From a virus: 35,928 bases of DNA. The stretch lies in the IMG/VR virus record IMGVR_UViG_3300025842_000306. The stretch is one strand, 5' to 3'. Shown here piece by piece: positions 31,898 through 35,928 of the stretch. The notes under the pieces were generated by a model, which saw only the letters and a list, made by a program, of their open reading frames with translations, was not told the DNA's origin and ran no database searches. The position numbers and the translations under genes were made by a program. The number at the start of each line of letters is the position of its first letter. Within the stretch, counting starts at the first letter, position 1.

Positions 31898-31927
31898 AAG
31901 CCGCAGGAAACCCCTGCGGCTTTTTAT
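31898..31927 (+). terminator. Rho-independent terminator ending the cI-nuclease transcript
   Basis: AAGCCGCAGG-aaacc-CCTGCGGCTT followed by TTTATTAT. Confidence 0.8.
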
Positions 31928-31936
31928 TATGTTGCA

Positions 31937-31979
31937 GGTTTAGTTTTGCTTGACATTGTATGTTTAGCGGTTCTATGCT
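31937..31979 (+). promoter_or_regulatory. Early promoter (PL-like) TTGACA-N18-TATGCT with two GTTTAG repressor-type half-sites
   Basis: TTGACA at 31950-31955 and TATGCT at 31974-31979. GGTTTAGT (31937-31944) and TGTTTAG (31961-31967) also occur, reverse-complemented, in the cI/cro intergenic region. Confidence 0.55.
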
Positions 31980-32049
31980 TAACCAACTCGCCCCCAAAGC
32001 AAAACCCGCGAGCCGGGATGCACCGGGGCCAACAAATGGGGGTGATGGG

Positions 32050-32229
32050 ATGACCGATCTCGACAAAATCAAAGTTCCGGCTGCGTTCTGCGTCGCAGAC
32101 CAGGCGGACTTTTATAGGCGCGGATGGCGCGACGGAGAGCTGGGACGGGCGCCGGCAAACATGGACGGGTATCCAGCCGCACTCAAGTTGGCCTACATCG
32201 CCGGAGGGATGGATGCAAACACCAAATGA
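32050..32229 (+). CDS. Hypothetical protein (59 aa)
   Basis: ATG preceded by GGGGGTGATGGG. First ORF after the PL-like promoter. Confidence 0.45.
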   Translation: MTDLDKIKVPAAFCVADQADFYRRGWRDGELGRAPANMDGYPAALKLAYIAGGMDANTK

Positions 32230-32422
32230 CATCACGGCAGACGAACTTGCGTGGGCGTATCGGAGCGCGCGCCTGCGTTATGTGGGTGTAACACTCACCA
32301 CCGCGCTCACCAACCCGCTTATTTATAAATCGCTTTGCCTGCAAGTTTTGGCGAATCGAAACCACAACATGGTGACCGACTCTCGGATGCAGCAAGTTCA
32401 CAATCGAATGGAGGCGGCATGA
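32213..32422 (+). CDS. Hypothetical protein (69 aa)
   Basis: GGAGGG 6 nt upstream of the ATG. Overlaps the previous ORF by 17 nt. Confidence 0.5.
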   Translation: MQTPNDITADELAWAYRSARLRYVGVTLTTALTNPLIYKSLCLQVLANRNHNMVTDSRMQQVHNRMEAA

Positions 32423-32577
32423 ACCACTATTTGATCACCCTCATCCACGGCCGCACACGCACCGTGCGCAACGTCATCGCCGCCAGCGCCATGCAGGCCA
32501 CGCTGATCGGCATCCGAATGCTGCCAGATGCCAGCGCGCCGCTCGCGGTCATCTGTAAACCAAAAGGGATGGCGTGA
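32419..32577 (+). CDS. Hypothetical protein (52 aa)
   Basis: GGAGG RBS. ATGA overlap with the previous ORF. Confidence 0.45.
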   Translation: MNHYLITLIHGRTRTVRNVIAASAMQATLIGIRMLPDASAPLAVICKPKGMA

Positions 32578-32578
32578 A

Positions 32579-32902
32579 GTGCGGGCCGTTATTTTAATGG
32601 CGGCAATCATCGCCCCGCTCTCCGGGTGGGCCGCAGATGCCCGCACCATGCTGCGAGTGATCGCCTGCGAATCAGGTTGGCGGCACGACGCCGTGGGTGA
32701 CGACGGCTTATCAATGGGCATCGCGCAGTTTCGCAAAGAAACGTTCTACGAATTTTCGGAACTAGCAAAAAAAGACGGGGTATGGCCGAAGCGATGGCGA
32801 CCTGAATGGCTTAATCCGCAACAACAAATATTTTTGTTGGAATGGGGGTTGGATCATGGGTACGGAAAGCGCTGGACGTGCTGGCGAAAAATTGTTGACT
32901 AG
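32579..32902 (+). CDS. Secreted transglycosylase-like (lysozyme-fold, CESG-motif) protein
   Basis: Signal peptide VRAVILMAAIIAPLSGWA|AD (GTG start at 32579), then VIACESGWRHDAVGDDGLSMGIAQF. Confidence 0.55.
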   Translation: MRAVILMAAIIAPLSGWAADARTMLRVIACESGWRHDAVGDDGLSMGIAQFRKETFYEFSELAKKDGVWPKRWRPEWLNPQQQIFLLEWGLDHGYGKRWTCWRKIVD

Positions 32903-32912
32903 GAGATAAAGC

Positions 32913-33077
32913 ATGAACAAAAAACTACTTGTCCCGCGCCGCCGCAATCCGGGATGGATTCTTCGGTTGTGTCGCTGGATCGGACAAAAACGCCGCGAGC
33001 GCGACTTGTGCGCATTCTACCGGTCGCTTGGATGCTCCACCAAAGAGGCGCGCGAAAAAGCGGCGCGAACGCTATGA
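32913..33077 (+). CDS. Small Arg-rich protein (54 aa), below the ORF-track cutoff
   Basis: Strong AGGAG RBS 7 nt upstream of the ATG. ATGA overlap with the next ORF. Confidence 0.5.
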   Translation: MNKKLLVPRRRNPGWILRLCRWIGQKRRERDLCAFYRSLGCSTKEAREKAARTL

Positions 33078-33364
33078 CACTCGCCGAAATGCTCAACCAG
33101 AAAGTGACGCCATTGAGTGACTGGATCTGGATACCACCCAGGTATAAGTCTAATAACCAGAATGCTCCGCGCCCGAAAAAAATAAACAGCGCGATGAAAT
33201 TATTACCGCACCTCAAAGAACCGATCAGCGCGCACGACCCGGCAGAGATCGCCAGCACGCCATACAACACCGTGTACAGCCAGCTTATTTCCCTGCTGGA
33301 AAAAAACCGGGTCGTTGAGATAAAAACAAAAACGCGCACAAGGTTGTGGGTAGCGAAAGGCTGA
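33074..33364 (+). CDS. Hypothetical protein (96 aa), possibly winged-helix
   Basis: Internal ATG of tracked ORF 32954..33364, coupled by ATGA to the preceding small ORF. Confidence 0.5.
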   Translation: MTLAEMLNQKVTPLSDWIWIPPRYKSNNQNAPRPKKINSAMKLLPHLKEPISAHDPAEIASTPYNTVYSQLISLLEKNRVVEIKTKTRTRLWVAKG

Positions 33365-33412
33365 TGCCATGACCGAACTCGCTCAGGTAAGAACAGAAGA
33401 AAGGAAAGCAGC

Positions 33413-34102
33413 ATGACAAAAAGCCGTCACATCCATGCCCCGCGCATCAAGTGGACAGAAGAGCAAGACCGTGCCCTGCGCAATCGCTACCCGCACGAGC
33501 GCACAGCCGACATCGCGCGCGACATCGGCATTCCGCTCGCCAAGGTCTATGCCAAAGCCTCATGGCTCGGCCTGAAAAAGACTAAAGAATTCCTGGCATC
33601 ACCAGCATCTGGACGAACGAACGGCCGCCAAGGTGTCGGCTCGCGCTTCCAGAAAGGGCACCAGACATGGAACAAGGGCAAGCACTATGTCGCTGGCGGA
33701 CGATCTGCCGACACGCGATTCAAAAAAGGCGAGATGCGCGGCGCGGCCCAGCACAACTACGTCCCCATCGGAACTCTACGCATCAACGACGACGGCACCC
33801 TGCAACGCAAGATGAACGACGACCCTAACATCATGCCCGCACTGCGCTGGGTCGCCGTCCACCGGCAAATGTGGATCGATGCCAACGGCCCTGTTCCAGA
33901 TGGGCACATCGTCGCCTTCAAGCCAGGCATGCGCACCAACAAACTCGAAGAGATCACTCTCGACAAGATCGAATGCATCACCCGATCAGAAAACATGCGG
34001 CGCAACACCTACCACAACTACCCAAAAGAGATCGCCCAGGTCATCCAGCTACGCGGCGCGCTCACCAGACAGATCAACAAAAAGGAGCAATCCCATGAGT
34101 AA
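33413..34102 (+). CDS. HNH homing-type endonuclease with an N-terminal SANT/Myb-like motif
   Basis: WTEEQDRALRNRY at the N-terminus. The C-terminal DGHIVAFKPG..TNKLEEITLDKIECITRSENMRRN fits the HNH_3 pattern. Confidence 0.7.
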   Translation: MTKSRHIHAPRIKWTEEQDRALRNRYPHERTADIARDIGIPLAKVYAKASWLGLKKTKEFLASPASGRTNGRQGVGSRFQKGHQTWNKGKHYVAGGRSADTRFKKGEMRGAAQHNYVPIGTLRINDDGTLQRKMNDDPNIMPALRWVAVHRQMWIDANGPVPDGHIVAFKPGMRTNKLEEITLDKIECITRSENMRRNTYHNYPKEIAQVIQLRGALTRQINKKEQSHE

Positions 34103-34355
34103 CGAAAGCAACAACATTGTCGACTTGCGAGCCATTCTTTTTGAAACCATGCGCAAGCTAAAAGACGGAACCATCAACATCGAAAATGCCAAGGCAGTGA
34201 GCGACATCGGACAAGTCATCATCAACAGCGCCAAGGTAGAGGTGGATGCCATGCGCGGCGCGGGCATCGAAGGCAGCGGATTTATTCCGGGGGCAACAGA
34301 GGATAGGCCAGGCATCACCCGCCTGCCCGGCAAGACGATCCACAAGTGCAAGTAA
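34095..34355 (+). CDS. Hypothetical protein (86 aa)
   Basis: AAGGAG 6 nt upstream of the ATG. Overlaps the HNH stop. Confidence 0.55.
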   Translation: MSNESNNIVDLRAILFETMRKLKDGTINIENAKAVSDIGQVIINSAKVEVDAMRGAGIEGSGFIPGATEDRPGITRLPGKTIHKCK

Positions 34356-34621
34356 TGACCGAACTCACTCTCTTCTGCTCCAGCGCCCTCGTCGTGTTCG
34401 CCCTCGGCCTGCAGCAGCTCAACGTGCAGGGCAATCACTACGTGCTCGCCATCATCACCAGCTACGCCATCGGCGCGCTCAACCTGTTCATCTGGCACAC
34501 CGTGCCGCACATGAGCTGGTCCGAGATCTTCGCCACCCTCAACGGCGGCCCCGTCGGCATCATCGCCGCCATGTGGTCGCACCCGAAGCTTGTGAAGATC
34601 ATCCTGAGGCGTAAAGCATAA
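34355..34621 (+). CDS. Small integral membrane protein (88 aa, about 3 TM)
   Basis: TAATG overlap. Hydrophobic stretches are LTLFCSSALVVFALGL, HYVLAIITSYAIGALNLFIW and GGPVGIIAAMW. Confidence 0.55.
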   Translation: MTELTLFCSSALVVFALGLQQLNVQGNHYVLAIITSYAIGALNLFIWHTVPHMSWSEIFATLNGGPVGIIAAMWSHPKLVKIILRRKA

Positions 34622-34623
34622 CC

Positions 34624-34974
34624 ATGCGCACCCTAGACCTCAACGAAGCCGCCCAATTCCTGCGCCTGCACCCGCACACGCTGGAGGCGAAGGCGCGCGC
34701 CGGAGAGGTGCCGGGGGCCAAGCCGGGTAAATGTTGGGTCTTCCTTGACGTTGACCTGGCCGAATGGCTACGCGCACAATACCGTGATAAGACTCGGGGA
34801 GAAGCAGAATGTCGCTCTACAAGCGTGGCAGGATCTATTGGTGCAAATGGACGATCCGCAAAACAGAGATTAGAGAAACTACTGGCACAGCCGACCACCA
34901 AGCCGCGCAGGAATACCACGACCGCCGTCGTGCTGAAATTTGGCGAGAACAAAAACTTGGCGACGTCCGCATAG
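34624..34974 (+). CDS. xis: Excisionase (MerR/AlpA-type HTH) with a long C-terminal tail overlapping int
   Basis: LDLNEAAQFLRLHPHTLEAKARAGEVPGAKPGKCWVFLDVDLAEWL is a classic excisionase-family HTH. Confidence 0.75.
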   Translation: MRTLDLNEAAQFLRLHPHTLEAKARAGEVPGAKPGKCWVFLDVDLAEWLRAQYRDKTRGEAECRSTSVAGSIGANGRSAKQRLEKLLAQPTTKPRRNTTTAVVLKFGENKNLATSA

Positions 34975-35928
34975 CCAGCTGGGAAGAAGCCGCCCTGCAG
35001 TGGGTCGAAGAACACGCCATCCACAAGGCCAGCTACGAGACCGACCGCGTCCGCTTGATATGGCTCAACGAGAGACTGGCCGACAAGCCGATCACCCACA
35101 TCACCACCGACGCACTGCTCGCCATCCGCAAGGAATTGATGCAGACGCGCGCCGCCTCCACCGCCAACCGCTTCCTCGCCATCGTCTCCGCCGTGCTCAA
35201 CTACGCGCACGCCAAGGGGCTGCTGGCTGGCGTGCCGAAGATACCCTACCTGCCGGAGAACAACGACCGCTTCCTGTGGATCACCCGCGCACAGGCCGAC
35301 CGCTTCACCGCCGCCCTGCCTGATCACCTGTCCGCCATGACCAGACTCGCGCTGTGCACCGGCCTGCGCCGCGCCAACGTCACCGGCCTGATGTGGGAGA
35401 ACATCGACATCGAGCGCAAGATCGCATGGATCTGGCCAGACGAGGCCAAGGCAGGCAAAGCGATACCCGTCCCGCTCAACACAGACGCGATCGCGGTGCT
35501 AAAGGAACGATCCGAGCAAAAAAAGAAACTCAAGAAGATCACCATCGCCGATGCCCGCTATGTTTTTACGTTCCGAGGGAAGAAGATCGAGCGCACCACC
35601 ACCAAGGCGTGGTACACCGCCGCTACAGCCGCCGGCATCGATCCGGCATTTACCTTCCACGGCCTACGCCACACCTGGGCAAGCTGGCACGTAATGAGCG
35701 GGACGCCGCTGACGGTACTGAAGGAACTGGGCGGCTGGGCCAGCCTGGACATGGTGATGAAATACGCCCACCTCGCACCCGGCTACGTGGCCAACTACGC
35801 CGAGAACATCACCAGCGCCGCGCAGGCCCGTGGGTGCAATTCTAGGCACAGCGCCGAGGAAGTTAGCGAGGACTATCGCCAAGACGGCGGGAAACTGGGG
35901 TGGCTGATGGGGCTCGAACCCACGACAA
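34809..35928 (+). CDS. int: Tyrosine integrase; the 3' end is not reached within the window
   Basis: Absent from the ORF track because no stop codon occurs before the window ends. The N-terminus is MSLYKRGRIYWCKW...ETTGTAD. Catalytic-region motifs are TGLRRANVTGLMW, HGLRHTWASWHVMSG and LGGWASLDMVMKYAHL. The ORF reads through the att repeat, antisense to the tRNA. Confidence 0.9.
   Translation, partial: MSLYKRGRIYWCKWTIRKTEIRETTGTADHQAAQEYHDRRRAEIWREQKLGDVRIASWEEAALQWVEEHAIHKASYETDRVRLIWLNERLADKPITHITTDALLAIRKELMQTRAASTANRFLAIVSAVLNYAHAKGLLAGVPKIPYLPENNDRFLWITRAQADRFTAALPDHLSAMTRLALCTGLRRANVTGLMWENIDIERKIAWIWPDEAKAGKAIPVPLNTDAIAVLKERSEQKKKLKKITIADARYVFTFRGKKIERTTTKAWYTAATAAGIDPAFTFHGLRHTWASWHVMSGTPLTVLKELGGWASLDMVMKYAHLAPGYVANYAENITSAAQARGCNSRHSAEEVSEDYRQDGGKLGWLMGLEPTT
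35843..35928. repeat. att direct repeat, right copy
   Basis: Matches 1-85 with one extra A (AAA at 35880-35882). Confidence 0.9.
35896..35928 (-). tRNA. tRNA-His, 3' part only in the window (probably the intact copy continuing beyond the window)
   Basis: Same T-arm, acceptor and CCA sequence as 53-85. The left copy is demonstrably truncated, so the functional gene should be this one. The 5' half cannot be seen here. Confidence 0.6.

Larger units (their letters stand above)
1..35928. mobile_element. Integrated temperate tailed-phage genome (lambda/HK97-like siphovirus layout) at tRNA-His
   Basis: The window starts and ends with the same 85/86-nt sequence. Integrase and excisionase sit at the right end. 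A full set of lysis, tail, head, terminase, replication and immunity genes lies between the repeats. Confidence 0.9.

Noticed and set aside
32913-33077. Arg-rich 54-aa protein as a lambda N-like antiterminator acting on the GAAA hairpin at 30194-30209
   Set aside because: This is speculation. There is no matching second hairpin (nutL equivalent) after the PL-like promoter, no boxA-like element that I can recognise, and the Arg-rich stretch is not at the extreme N-terminus.
32899-33414. 171-aa minus-strand ORF with a membrane-protein-like hydrophobic translation
   Set aside because: The plus strand here has two ORFs with a strong AGGAG RBS and an ATGA coupling, in line with the surrounding plus-strand operon. 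The minus ORF has no RBS or promoter and would be transcribed against the operon. Hydrophobicity is a common antisense artefact of this more A/T-rich segment.
33368-34370. ATGACCGAACTC[g/a]CTC occurs at 33368 and at 34355, bracketing the HNH plus 86-aa gene pair, suggestive of an insertion-site duplication
   Set aside because: A 15/16 match is within chance expectation for a 36-kb sequence by rough estimate (several such pairs expected). No further flanking similarity.
34599-35327. 242-aa minus-strand ORF antisense to xis and int
   Set aside because: Shadow ORF opposite a clear tyrosine recombinase. Gly/Val/Ala-rich low-complexity translation.

Overview
This 35.9-kb window is essentially one complete temperate tailed-phage genome with a lambda/HK97-like siphovirus layout. 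It is integrated at the 3' end of a tRNA-His gene and bounded by an 85/86-nt direct repeat (1-85 vs 35843-35928, differing by one A-run indel). The DNA is GC-rich and looks proteobacterial. Most genes lie on the minus strand and are chained by ATGA/TGATG/GTGA start-stop overlaps. Order from left to right: a plus-strand 3-gene accessory operon with its own operator-bearing promoter; a lysis cassette with an M15 endolysin; a diversity-generating retroelement (DGR); tail genes (I/J fusion, K-, L- and M-like, tape measure, G/GT frameshift chaperones, tube); head genes (protease-capsid fusion, portal, W-like); Mor-like and TraR-like regulators; TerL; a PP-loop/PAPS-reductase-like gene; TerS; a ParB-DNA methyltransferase fusion; a 270-bp iteron-rich dyad-symmetric non-coding region; a P4-alpha-like primase-helicase; CII-like and cro-like genes. 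On the plus strand follow a short cI-like repressor, a stand-alone PD-(D/E)xK (HsdR-N-like) nuclease, a terminator, a second early promoter, small genes, HNH, xis and int (the int ORF runs off the window). The strongest signal is the complete DGR: target gene, avd, TR and RT. A 104-nt TR/VR pair differs at 8 positions, and all 8 are TR adenines, at the C-terminus of a tail-fibre-like protein. Other points worth follow-up: the ParB-MTase plus PP-loop ATPase pair wedged into the packaging operon, the iteron array (ori or cos), a repressor-linked nuclease in the 'rex' position, a 28-bp element repeated before two head genes next to a Mor-like activator, and the attL-proximal accessory operon. All protein-family calls are from reading the translations by eye; no searches were run.
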